Below are positions 1 to 7,687 of a DNA stretch of 13,310 bases, piece after piece. Position 1 is the stretch's first letter. Each line of letters starts with the position of its first letter. The stretch covers positions 1 to 13,310 of the forward strand of contig NZ_JHXR01000040.1 of assembly GCF_000621645.1 (NCBI RefSeq), read 5' to 3'. The notes below the pieces were generated by a model. The model was not told the DNA's origin. It ran no database searches and worked only from the letters and a program-made list of their open reading frames with translations. A program made the translations under genes and the position numbers. This DNA comes from Vibrio cholerae ATCC 14035 (GTDB lineage: Bacteria > Pseudomonadota > Gammaproteobacteria > Enterobacterales > Vibrionaceae).

Positions 1-2
1 CC

Positions 3-488
3 CCCGTTCCTGCGGCGCAAGCCGAACCGGAGCAGGTAGCAAACCCAGAGCCTCCTCAAGCGATGCCAGAGCCACAAGCCTCGGCGGATGAGAAGAAGTC
101 TGAGCAAGATGCGCAGATGACAGGCTCTCAAACGGAAGTGAAGCAAGATGAAGAAGCTAAAGAAGAAAGTCCAATGGGCGCTGCTGTGCAGCTATCTGTT
201 CATGCTGGTCGCGATCTTGATATTAGTGGAGCCTTTAAAGTACGCGCTAAATCAGATCAAGGTTTTTGGCGCGCAGGTATTCAGTTTTTGCGCACCAAAG
301 AAACCGTTCTGCTTGTGGTTGACCAAGTGCCAGAAGACCAGCCTAAAACAGTGGCTCAGGAAGATGGCGAACCAGAGCTTGTTCTGTTCGTTACTCCGCA
401 AGCGGCAAAGCGAATCCACGGTGAACCTAACCTAGTCGTTGAAGTGGTCGAAGTCTCAGACGTTATCGACGTAAGCGATACGGAGTAA
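3..488 (+). CDS. Partial (5'-truncated by the window edge?) FluMu HI1506-like protein in the Mu gp35 position; head-region protein of unknown function
   Basis: The frame is open from nt 3 to the stop at 486-488. The first in-frame ATG (63) has no Shine-Dalgarno, and a Pro/Glu/Ala-rich linker continues upstream (PVPAAQAEPEQVANPEPPQA-MPEPQ), so the gene probably starts before the window. The C-terminal part (GFWRAGIQFLRTKETVLLVV...TPQAAKRIHGEPNLVVEVVE) matches my recollection of the FluMu N-terminal / HI1506 fold motif. It lies directly upstream of a gp36-like gene. Confidence 0.6.
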   Translation, partial: PVPAAQAEPEQVANPEPPQAMPEPQASADEKKSEQDAQMTGSQTEVKQDEEAKEESPMGAAVQLSVHAGRDLDISGAFKVRAKSDQGFWRAGIQFLRTKETVLLVVDQVPEDQPKTVAQEDGEPELVLFVTPQAAKRIHGEPNLVVEVVEVSDVIDVSDTE

Positions 489-493
489 CCCAA

Positions 494-928
494 ATGGCAA
501 TCTACGCAACCAAGCAAGACTTGATTGACCGTGACGAGCAGATGCTTTGGAACTTTGCGATCAACCGCGAAACCGGAGAGCTGAACGATACCTACATCAA
601 CCAAGCATTGGAACAGGCCGACGATGAGATCAACTCATTCTTAGGTCGCCGCTATCAGCTGCCGCTGCCAACGGTTCCAGGCATGTTGAATAAGATTGCC
701 ATCATCATCGCGTTTTATTGGTTGGCAGACCGTGATCAGCAGGCCACGAACTTGCTGGAAGAGCGCTACAAAATGCAGCTTGAAACCCTGCGTGAAATCG
801 CCAGTGGTAAACGTGAGTTAGGCCTGCCAACCATTGAAGCGCCAGCCGAAAGCAGCGTTGGCAAAGTGGAACTCATCCAAACCAATGAGCGCCTGTTTAC
901 CCGCAACAGCCTGAGAGATGTTTTGTAA
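494..928 (+). CDS. Mu gp36-like (DUF1320) head-completion / head-tail connector protein
   Basis: 144 aa. GGAG at 482-485 lies 8 nt before the ATG. The N-terminus (MAIYATKQDLIDR...) and the region DDEINSFLGRRYQLPL...IIIAFYWLADR are typical of the DUF1320/gp36 family. Synteny supports the call. Confidence 0.8.
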   Translation: MAIYATKQDLIDRDEQMLWNFAINRETGELNDTYINQALEQADDEINSFLGRRYQLPLPTVPGMLNKIAIIIAFYWLADRDQQATNLLEERYKMQLETLREIASGKRELGLPTIEAPAESSVGKVELIQTNERLFTRNSLRDVL

Positions 929-1470
929 TGGGTATCTGGGTTGAAGTTACGGGTGGTGATGATTTAGAGCGCTTTCAAAAGATGCTCGATGCGCTGAGCA
1001 ATCCAAAGCACAAAGAAGAGCTGTTGGCCTCGCTTGGTAGCATTGTTGAAACGCAAACCAAGATTCGGATTGCGGATGAAAAGAAAGCGCCAGACGGTAC
1101 GCCTTGGGCTGCTTGGAGTGAGGGTTATGCAAGAACTCGTCATGGTAATCAGTCTCCGCTGGTCGGTGAAGGAGACCTTAGAGATTCTATCCAGTACGTG
1201 GTCGAAAAAAATCAGGTTCGAGTTGGGTCGCCATTGGTTTACGCAGGCGTACATCAAGACGGTTTTTCAGGTGCGGTACAAGTGGATGCGCACACGCGCC
1301 TTATCACTCAGGCCTTTGGTAAAGCGCTCAAGTTTCCGGTGTATCAGTCGGTGGGTGCGTTCACCCGCATGATGGATATTCCGCAACGTCAGTTCCTCGG
1401 CCTAAGCCGAGATAACCAAACCGAAGTCTACGATGTGATCGGTGACTTCTGGCAAGAGGTACTGCAATGA
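928..1470 (+). CDS. Phage virion morphogenesis / tail-completion protein (P2 gpS / Mu gpG-like family)
   Basis: 180 aa. The start overlaps the previous stop (TAATG). The motif PLVGEGDLRDSIQYVVEKNQVRVGSPLVYAGVHQDGF resembles the conserved core of this family (sGxLrdSi...vGsnlpYAaiHQfG). Confidence 0.8.
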   Translation: MGIWVEVTGGDDLERFQKMLDALSNPKHKEELLASLGSIVETQTKIRIADEKKAPDGTPWAAWSEGYARTRHGNQSPLVGEGDLRDSIQYVVEKNQVRVGSPLVYAGVHQDGFSGAVQVDAHTRLITQAFGKALKFPVYQSVGAFTRMMDIPQRQFLGLSRDNQTEVYDVIGDFWQEVLQ

Positions 1471-2066
1471 GCACCGCACGCCCAGATTTTCAGTTAGATG
1501 GTTCAACGGTTTACGCGATACAAGAAACCGTCAACTACTTAAAGCCGATCCTTGAAAGCCTGTCGGAGCGTCATGTTGACAAGGTGCAAACTATTGAGCG
1601 CCACATTGGACGCTTCAATACACCTGCCGATGTAAAACGCTGGATTGCCTCGCGTGATGGGGGCATTCGCATTGCGGCGCTGAGCGTGGAGAGTTTTGAG
1701 CTTATCGGTGGCCGTTTGGTAGGCAATGTCAATATGGGGGCCTATGTGTTCACCACTGACGCGTGGGGCTATGCCAAAGACACGCGTGCCGAAGTGATCG
1801 TAAGCAAGTTAGTGCGTGCCATGGTCGCCAAGAACGCGCCGCCAACGGCTTACTCACGGGCGCAAAACTTCCGCGCCAATAATCTTTACACCTCAGCGTT
1901 GGATGAACTTGGCCTAGCGCTTTGGACAGTGGAATGGTCACAGCAGTGGTATCTCGATGTGCCGATTGACCCAACCACATTAGACGATTTCATTACTTTC
2001 GGTTTACGTGGTGAGGTCGCCGAAGGCGCACCAGAAATCGAAGGTGAAGTGCAGTTACCGCAATAG
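1467..2066 (+). CDS. Mu gp37/gp38-region protein (DUF1834-like), probable neck or tail-completion protein
   Basis: 199 aa. The start overlaps the upstream stop (ATGA). It sits between the morphogenesis protein and the sheath, as in Mu-like phages. The family assignment is from memory of DUF1834-like sequences and is less certain. Confidence 0.55.
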   Translation: MSTARPDFQLDGSTVYAIQETVNYLKPILESLSERHVDKVQTIERHIGRFNTPADVKRWIASRDGGIRIAALSVESFELIGGRLVGNVNMGAYVFTTDAWGYAKDTRAEVIVSKLVRAMVAKNAPPTAYSRAQNFRANNLYTSALDELGLALWTVEWSQQWYLDVPIDPTTLDDFITFGLRGEVAEGAPEIEGEVQLPQ

Positions 2067-2079
2067 AGGATTGCAAGCA

Positions 2080-2280
2080 ATGGAACAAAACCAAATCAAA
2101 GTGAAGCCAGCCAAAGCCTCTGTGCCTGTGCGCAAAGAGAACGGCGAGTTTCTAAAGCAAGAGGGTGAAACCGTCACGCGCTCAGCGTTTTGGGTTCGCC
2201 GATTAAAAGACGGCGATGTGGTGCAGGTTGAACAGTCAGCCAAGAAGACCCGCGCTAAAGCGCAAGAGACAGGAGAATAA
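2080..2280 (+). CDS. Small basic DUF2635-like protein, conserved just upstream of the sheath in Mu-like prophages
   Basis: I prefer the ATG at 2080 (RBS agagga at 2065-2070) to the track start at 2008, which would overlap the upstream gene by 59 nt. The 66-aa product carries VKPAKASVPVRKENGEFLKQEGETVTRSAFWVRRLKDGDVV, matching the DUF2635 pattern (vkPapG..vrdP.tg..l..eG..V..s.yWrRRl.dGDV). Confidence 0.65.
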   Translation: MEQNQIKVKPAKASVPVRKENGEFLKQEGETVTRSAFWVRRLKDGDVVQVEQSAKKTRAKAQETGE

Positions 2281-2282
2281 CC

Positions 2283-3767
2283 ATGGCTTTGGGTAACATT
2301 CCAAACGATATCAAAACGCCGCTGGTCTATATCGAGATCGACAACTCGCAAGCCTTGAGTGGTACGCCAGCCCAAGCGCAAAAGATTCTGGTGCTCGGTA
2401 TGCAGATTGCCTCTGGCGCTGCCACAGCGTTAACGCTTAACCGCATCACGGCCAGTGAAAGCCAAATGGATTCACTCTACGGTGCAGGTGCTATGCTTGC
2501 TCGCTCGCTTAAAGTGCTGCGCAAAAACAACCCGTTCACCGATGTGTATGCCATGGGCGTGAGCATCGATGGCGGAACGCAAGCCAAAGGTGCAATTGTG
2601 CCCACTGTGACCACGGCCAAGGCAGGCGTGATCTATCTGCTGATTGCAGGTGAAAGCGTGCAAGTCACAGTGAAAGATGGCGATACGCGTGATGCGATTG
2701 TGGATGCGATGGTAGCGAAGATTAACGCCAACACTAACTTGCCTGTTACGGCAGCGAAGATTGGTGATTCGGCTGCGGAGTCGTGCGAGCTGACTTGTAA
2801 GTGGAAAGGCATCACAGGCAACGATATTGACGTGCGTGTGAACTATTACGATGGCGAAGTGCTGCCAAGTGGCGTAACCCTTACCATCAGCCCAATGGCC
2901 GCAGGTGCAGGTACGCCAGACATGGCGGACGTTATCGCTGCGATCCCTGACGAATGGTACAACCACATCAGCATGCCGTTTAACGACACGGCCAGCCTTA
3001 ACGCTTTGCGTGATGAGCTGACCACGCGTTGGGGGCCACTCAAGATGATGGAAGCCATCGCTTATACCGCTTACCGTGGCACGTTTGCTGAAACAGGGGC
3101 ATTTGGTCAAGCGCGTAACGACTTCTTGTTTACCTGCATGGGTACAAACAAAGCACCGCATTCCCCATCGGAATGGGCAGCGGCTTACTGCGGACAAGCG
3201 TCTTACTCTCTGGCGATTGACCCAGCACGCCCACTGCAAACGTTAGTGCTGAAAGGCATTTTGCCTCCTGCGAAATCAGACCGCTGGCCTCAGCTTCCTG
3301 ATCGCAACCTGCTGCTTGGTGATGGCGTTGCGACCTACATGGTCACAGCGGGTGAAGAAGTCGCGATTGAGCGTGAAGTCTCGCTCTATAAAAAGAACAG
3401 CTTCGGCGACCCTGACCCAAGTTATATGGATATCACCACCCCTGCGACCTTGGGCTATCTGCGCTACTCGCTCAAGGTGATGGTCACGAACCGTTACCCA
3501 CGCCATAAGCTGGCGAATGATGATGTGCTCGATACGTTAGATCCAGGTCAGCCAGTGGTGACACCAAAGCTAATGCGTCAAGCGATTATTGACCTTGCTA
3601 CCACTGACTGGGTGCCGAAAGGTTTGATGGAAGACTTAGCAGGCTTTAAAGAAACGCTGAGCGTGTTCCGTGATGGCAGTGATGTGAATCGCTTAAACAC
3701 CATCTTTAACCCTAACTTAGTGAACCAGCTGCGTGTGTTCGCTGCCCTTGAACAATTCGAGCTTTAG
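2283..3767 (+). CDS. Contractile tail sheath protein (Mu L / gp39 homologue)
   Basis: 494 aa. RBS aggag precedes the ATG. The N-terminus (PNDIKTPLVYIEIDNSQA) is typical of sheath proteins. Size and position immediately before a roughly 117-aa tube gene also fit. Confidence 0.9.
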   Translation: MALGNIPNDIKTPLVYIEIDNSQALSGTPAQAQKILVLGMQIASGAATALTLNRITASESQMDSLYGAGAMLARSLKVLRKNNPFTDVYAMGVSIDGGTQAKGAIVPTVTTAKAGVIYLLIAGESVQVTVKDGDTRDAIVDAMVAKINANTNLPVTAAKIGDSAAESCELTCKWKGITGNDIDVRVNYYDGEVLPSGVTLTISPMAAGAGTPDMADVIAAIPDEWYNHISMPFNDTASLNALRDELTTRWGPLKMMEAIAYTAYRGTFAETGAFGQARNDFLFTCMGTNKAPHSPSEWAAAYCGQASYSLAIDPARPLQTLVLKGILPPAKSDRWPQLPDRNLLLGDGVATYMVTAGEEVAIEREVSLYKKNSFGDPDPSYMDITTPATLGYLRYSLKVMVTNRYPRHKLANDDVLDTLDPGQPVVTPKLMRQAIIDLATTDWVPKGLMEDLAGFKETLSVFRDGSDVNRLNTIFNPNLVNQLRVFAALEQFEL

Positions 3768-3781
3768 TGGAGTAAACAATC

Positions 3782-4135
3782 ATGGCAAATGTGCTGGGTG
3801 AAGTGGTTATCCGTTCAAACGGTAAACAACTGAAAACGAAAAAAGGCTCAACCCTCAATCCGGGTGGCTTCAATTATATTGATCATCCTGGTCCTGGTCG
3901 CTCTTGGGGAGCTTCTCGCGAGTTCGTCCCGCCAACGATTCAGGTCGTTATTGCGGCAGCGGAAGATGTGGATGTGCTGGAAATCAACGCCATTCGCAAC
4001 GCAACCCTGACGTGGGAAGGTGACAACGGCATTGACTACATGATGACGGACTGCTCACCGCAAGCGCCATTCACGCTAAGTGATTCTGGTGATATCACCG
4101 GAACCTTCCGTGGTAAGAAGTTGGAGCGCATCTGA
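3782..4135 (+). CDS. Tail tube protein (Mu M / gp40 homologue)
   Basis: 117 aa. RBS ggag precedes the ATG. It sits between the sheath and the chaperone, and its size is typical of Mu-type tube proteins. Confidence 0.85.
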   Translation: MANVLGEVVIRSNGKQLKTKKGSTLNPGGFNYIDHPGPGRSWGASREFVPPTIQVVIAAAEDVDVLEINAIRNATLTWEGDNGIDYMMTDCSPQAPFTLSDSGDITGTFRGKKLERI

Positions 4136-4479
4136 TGGCGATCATGACGTTCAATCTCGAACATGGCTTTAAGGTGGGTGAAAACACCCACTTTGAAGTG
4201 GGGCTGCGTGAGTTGGAATCAGGCGATTACATTGACGCCCAATTGGCGGCTGAGAAAGTGATCGTGCATGAAGGCAAAGCCGTGGCCTACACCTCTGATG
4301 TGATGTATGGCCTTGAGCTTTTGCTGCGTCAAGTGGAGTACATCGGCTCAGTGCAGGGGCCTATCTCAGTTAAGGATTTGCGCCGCCTGCATCAAGATGA
4401 CTTCAAGCTGCTGCAAGAAAAAGCCACCGAGCTGGACGCTTTGATCGCGGAGGCACTGGCCGCACGGGGGCGATCTTAA
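4135..4479 (+). CDS. Tail assembly chaperone, short form (Mu gp41 / P2 gpE / lambda gpG analogue)
   Basis: 114 aa. The start overlaps the tube stop (TGATG). It lies directly upstream of the tape measure and is followed by an overlapping open alternative frame. Confidence 0.8.
   Translation: MAIMTFNLEHGFKVGENTHFEVGLRELESGDYIDAQLAAEKVIVHEGKAVAYTSDVMYGLELLLRQVEYIGSVQGPISVKDLRRLHQDDFKLLQEKATELDALIAEALAARGRS
4465..4471 (+). promoter_or_regulatory. Candidate slippery site (C GGG GGC) for a -2 or +1 programmed ribosomal frameshift
   Basis: The shifted frame is open only from 4445, after a TGA at 4442-4444, and the zero frame stops at 4477-4479. The shift must therefore occur within 35 nt. The G5 run at 4466-4470 is the only homopolymer in that stretch. 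Confidence 0.5.
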
Positions 4480-4621
4480 ACTGATGGCCGAGGTCGCTGA
4501 GGGCTTGCAGCTTGCCCTAAGTAGCCGCTTCCCCATCAGTGTGACACAAGCAATGCCACTTCGCAGGCTGCTGCGCATCTACAATAAGCTGAAGGATATG
4601 CACAATGGCCCAGCAACTTAA
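4469..4621 (+). CDS. Frameshift-encoded C-terminal extension of the tail assembly chaperone (long form would be 4135..4470 joined to 4469..4621)
   Basis: The +1/-2 frame reads GDLKLMAEVAEGLQLALSSRFPISVTQAMPLRRLLRIYNKLKDMHNGPAT* and ends at TAA 4619-4621, overlapping the tape-measure start at 4605. It fills the only non-coding gap in the operon. The -1 frame closes at 4482-4484. Confidence 0.55.
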   Translation, partial: GDLKLMAEVAEGLQLALSSRFPISVTQAMPLRRLLRIYNKLKDMHNGPAT

Positions 4622-6356
4622 AACAGACATCATCCTCAACCTAGCGGGTAATCTCGCGGCCAAAGCCAAGCAATATGGCGCATCAATGAGCGACTTCGCA
4701 CGCAAGAATGAGCGTGCCATGACTCTACTCAAAACCTCAGCAGATGCCGCAGGTCGCGGCATTGACTCACTCGGTAACCGCTATGTTGGCCTTGTTACTG
4801 CTGTTGCGACAGGCGCGGCCGTGCGTAATGTGGCGGCGCTCGAAGCGCAAATGGTGCGCATTGGTACTAACGCCAAGCTCTCTAGTGATCAAGTCGCCCT
4901 GCTCACCAAGCAGCTTGAAGCGATGTCAGTGCAAAAGGATATCCGCATTGGTACTGACCAGTTGGCCGCAGGCGTGGATGAGCTGCTGGGGAAAACGGGT
5001 GACTTTGAATTCGTGCAAGAGAACCTTGAGAACATGGGTTTGTTCATGCAAGCCTTCGGGGCAGATGCGCGTTCAACAGGTGCGCTGTTTGCCCAGTTCC
5101 GTGAGAAAGGGATCCGAGATGCCAAAGACGTGATGAACACCATCGATGAGCTGTATGGTCAGTTCGCGATCGGTAGTGTCAACGTCAAAGACTTGGCTGA
5201 TATTTCCGAGCAGCTCTTTGCTACTTACCAAGGCAAAGGGCCAGAAGCGATCTCTCAGATGTCTGCGCTCGTTCAGCTCTTTGCTAAGGCTAAAGGCAAT
5301 GCAAACGAATCGTTGACCTCAATTCAGGCCGTGTTCGCCACGTTCAGCGATAAAAAGAAAGTGGAGTTCCTGAACCGTCAGGGCATCGAAGTATTCAAAA
5401 AAGGCACCAAAGAGCTGCGCGAGCCTGTCGAACTGCTCTTAGAGATTTTGGATAAGGCCAAGAATGACCCATTGAAATTGGGTGATGTGTTTGACCAAAC
5501 CAGCTTGCAAGGTTTGGCCTCTCTCTACTCTCAAGAGAATAAAGATTTGCTGCGATCCATGATTAGCGGCACCGCAGAAATGGGGGCGACACAGGAAGCC
5601 GCCGCCAAGAACGCTGCGACCCTGAATGCAGCCACCACCGCATTGAATAACAGCTTCAATAAATTTGCCAACGAACGCTTGGCCGAGCCGATTCAAGAAC
5701 TCGCGGACGCGATCAACTCAGTTGATGATGAAACCATTCAGAACTGGCTCAAGTGGGCAGAAGCAGCTGGCTATGGTGTGGGTTTGTTGTTAGCAGGTAA
5801 GAAAGCTGTAGATGCTTATCGATGGGTAAAAGGTGGTTCCGGCGGTTCAGGCGGTGCAGCAGGTGGCGGTTTCGCCGATTTAGGTGTAATGCCCGTGTAC
5901 GTGGTGAACATGCCAGGTGGTGGCATGGGTGGAGCTGCTGGCGGATTACCAGAAGGTATCGGCGGAGATGGTAAGCCAACAGGTAAGCCAAGTGCCAAGT
6001 CAAAGTGGCCGTCTATTTTTTCAAAGCAGAATCTCGCGGCCATCGGCACGATTGGTTATGCCAGCACCATGATCCCAGAGTGGTCTCCTATCGATGTTCG
6101 CCGTGCATCAGAAGTGGATCGCACAGGCTTGCCGGAAAGCTTTGTTCCTGCACCTGGATTGCTCGACGTGTGGGATGAACTCAAAGGCCTATTCTCTGGC
6201 TCAAGTAATGGTTCAATGGCTGGCAATAGTTACATGGCAGGCCAAACGGGTGGCGAGATGAAATTAAAAGTGGAAGTGTCTGATGACCGTGTAAAAGTCA
6301 CGCCTACTTACCTGCCGAAAGGTTTCACTATTGACCCAGATATGGGCGCAAATTAA
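4605..6356 (+). CDS. Tail tape measure protein (Mu gp42 homologue)
   Basis: 583 aa. The N-terminal two-thirds look Ala/Leu/Gln-rich and helical. A hydrophobic segment (AAGYGVGLLLAG) is followed by Gly-rich tracts. The gene lies after the chaperone pair and before the baseplate genes. Confidence 0.9.
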   Translation: MAQQLKTDIILNLAGNLAAKAKQYGASMSDFARKNERAMTLLKTSADAAGRGIDSLGNRYVGLVTAVATGAAVRNVAALEAQMVRIGTNAKLSSDQVALLTKQLEAMSVQKDIRIGTDQLAAGVDELLGKTGDFEFVQENLENMGLFMQAFGADARSTGALFAQFREKGIRDAKDVMNTIDELYGQFAIGSVNVKDLADISEQLFATYQGKGPEAISQMSALVQLFAKAKGNANESLTSIQAVFATFSDKKKVEFLNRQGIEVFKKGTKELREPVELLLEILDKAKNDPLKLGDVFDQTSLQGLASLYSQENKDLLRSMISGTAEMGATQEAAAKNAATLNAATTALNNSFNKFANERLAEPIQELADAINSVDDETIQNWLKWAEAAGYGVGLLLAGKKAVDAYRWVKGGSGGSGGAAGGGFADLGVMPVYVVNMPGGGMGGAAGGLPEGIGGDGKPTGKPSAKSKWPSIFSKQNLAAIGTIGYASTMIPEWSPIDVRRASEVDRTGLPESFVPAPGLLDVWDELKGLFSGSSNGSMAGNSYMAGQTGGEMKLKVEVSDDRVKVTPTYLPKGFTIDPDMGAN

Positions 6357-6367
6357 AGGGGCGATAA

Positions 6368-7687
6368 ATGGCATTTGAAGATCGTTTAACAGCCTCATTT
6401 CGTGGGGTTGAATTTCTACTCGAAGAGGCAGAAGGCAACAGCGGACGCCGTGCTATTCCCCACGCTTACCCAAAGCGTGAAAGTGGCTGGACAGAAGACA
6501 ACGGTAAGGTGCTCACCAATGAGCGCATCACAGGTCGCTTGGTGGGCGATGATTATGTTCAGCAGCTTTCTGCATTACTCGAAGCACTCAACCAGGTTGG
6601 CCCAGGTGAATTGATTCACCCATGGTTTGGTGTGCGCAAAGTTCAAGTTGGTCCTGTCTCTCATCGCTTGGTTAATCGCGTTGATGGGACGGCAACCGTA
6701 AGCTTTGAAGTTTTCGAGATCGGTGAAAACCTCTTTCCAAGTAGCGCGCTGGATACCGCCAAGAAACTCGAACAAGAAGCCAGCAACGCCCAGCAAGCGG
6801 CTGAGCAAGCATTTGAAAAAGCCTATGACCCATCCGCTATCGAAGGCATTGGCGATATGGTTGACCAGTTCCTTGATGATTTGGATGAGTTTACCCGTGG
6901 CCTTCCATCGTTGCCGAGTGAGCTAAGAGAATGGACTGATCGCTTACAGCGCGCTAAGGATTCGGTTGGTAAGCTGCTTGCGTATCCAGGAGAGCTGGCG
7001 CGTGAAGTGATGGGGCTACTTGAAGATGTGAAAAGCGTAGTCAAAGACCCTATTCGCTCTCTCGATGTGTACAACAATGTCGAGCAGCGCTGGGAAGGTA
7101 TGCGCGCGGAGCTGGCCGTGACCGGTGGTTTATCTCGATCTATCGTGAGTGAAGATGGCCGCGCCAGTTCGGTGCCTGGCATTGCTAACCCACAAAAAGA
7201 AGCCGCCGTGCTTGCCAATGCAGAGTCATTTAAAACCTTGGCGCTGCGTTCGGCAGCAGTCGGCAAAGCCTCGGCCATTTCACAGTCTGATTACACCTAT
7301 TCACTGATTGATCAGGTTGAAGTGATTGCCTCGCTCACTGGCTCTGAGCGTAATGCCATCTTCACGGGTCAGCAGCTAAAGGCGATCGGCTATCAGCTTG
7401 CGGCACGCTTGGCTGAGCTGGCGGCGGATGCAGTTGAAGCAGGTGATTCCACATTGTGGCGATCATTGCGTGCGCTTCGTCAGGCCTTGCTACTCGATAC
7501 GCGTGATCGGGCGGAAAAGCTGCCGCAGTTAAGCGTCTACCAACCAACCACTACTGTCCCAGTAGCGCTGGTTGCATGGCGTGAAGCAGGCGATACCGAA
7601 TACCGCAATGCCATCGTGCGCCGTAATGGCTTTGCCAATCCGGCCTTTATTTTGCCAAGCCAAAACGTGGAGGTGATCAGTGAGTGA
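6368..7687 (+). CDS. DNA circularization protein (Mu N / gp43 homologue)
   Basis: 439 aa. The N-terminus (FEDRLTASFRGVEFLLEEAEGNSGRRAIPHAYPKRESGWTEDNGK) matches the conserved DNA_circ_N motif (asFRGv.F......g.GRR...HeyP.rd.p..EDlG). Synteny supports the call. Confidence 0.85.
   Translation: MAFEDRLTASFRGVEFLLEEAEGNSGRRAIPHAYPKRESGWTEDNGKVLTNERITGRLVGDDYVQQLSALLEALNQVGPGELIHPWFGVRKVQVGPVSHRLVNRVDGTATVSFEVFEIGENLFPSSALDTAKKLEQEASNAQQAAEQAFEKAYDPSAIEGIGDMVDQFLDDLDEFTRGLPSLPSELREWTDRLQRAKDSVGKLLAYPGELAREVMGLLEDVKSVVKDPIRSLDVYNNVEQRWEGMRAELAVTGGLSRSIVSEDGRASSVPGIANPQKEAAVLANAESFKTLALRSAAVGKASAISQSDYTYSLIDQVEVIASLTGSERNAIFTGQQLKAIGYQLAARLAELAADAVEAGDSTLWRSLRALRQALLLDTRDRAEKLPQLSVYQPTTTVPVALVAWREAGDTEYRNAIVRRNGFANPAFILPSQNVEVISE

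Noticed and set aside
148-435. A 95-aa ORF in an alternative plus frame, embedded in the first gene. Its N-terminus looks like a signal anchor (MKKLKKKVQWALLCSYLFMLVAILILV), reminiscent of embedded Rz1-type genes.
   Set aside because: The Lys run and the hydrophobic stretch are by-products of GAA/GAG-rich and GCT/CTG-rich codons in the main frame. The remainder is Cys/Phe/Lys-rich off-frame-like sequence. ALLC is a poor lipobox with too short an h-region, the SD is weak, and the location in the head-gene region gives no functional rationale. It would be worth revisiting only if it is conserved in relatives.
2008-2079. The upstream start (ATG 2008) given by the ORF track for the small pre-sheath gene.
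   Set aside because: It would overlap the upstream gene by 59 nt and add a Lys/Ser/Cys-rich leader with no RBS. The ATG at 2080 has agagga 9 nt upstream, and the DUF2635-like sequence begins there.
2472-3239. A 255-aa minus-strand ORF antisense to the sheath gene.
   Set aside because: The Arg/Cys/His/Trp-rich composition is typical of antisense translation of a moderately GC-rich gene. It lies entirely inside a confidently called sheath CDS and has no RBS context.
4440-4484. A conventional -1 frameshift (lambda G/GT style) for the chaperone.
   Set aside because: The -1 frame terminates at TGA 4482-4484. It would add only a few residues and leave 4485-4604 unexplained. Only the +1/-2 frame spans the gap.
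4484-4621. An independent 45-aa gene starting at ATG 4484 (MAEVAEGLQLALSS...).
   Set aside because: No Shine-Dalgarno lies at a suitable distance; the G-run is 14-18 nt upstream. The frame is already open from 4445, overlapping the chaperone 3' end with a slippery G5 run. A frameshift fusion is the more economical explanation, but independent initiation cannot be excluded without data.
4744-5133. A 129-aa plus-strand alternative-frame ORF within the tape measure gene. The same applies to 1034-1372, 6402-6614, 6705-6926, 8440-8631 and 11665-11928.
   Set aside because: These are off-frame ORFs nested in confidently assigned genes. They have Cys/Arg/Leu/Trp-rich junk-like composition and no RBS.
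6823-7278. A 151-aa minus-strand ORF antisense to the DNA-circularization gene. The same applies to 8328-8720, 10895-11362, 5749-6049 and the other minus-strand ORFs.
   Set aside because: These are Ser/Arg/Pro-rich low-complexity products, all nested within well-supported plus-strand genes of a tightly coupled operon. The 5749-6049 pair simply mirrors the GGN Gly codons of the tape measure.
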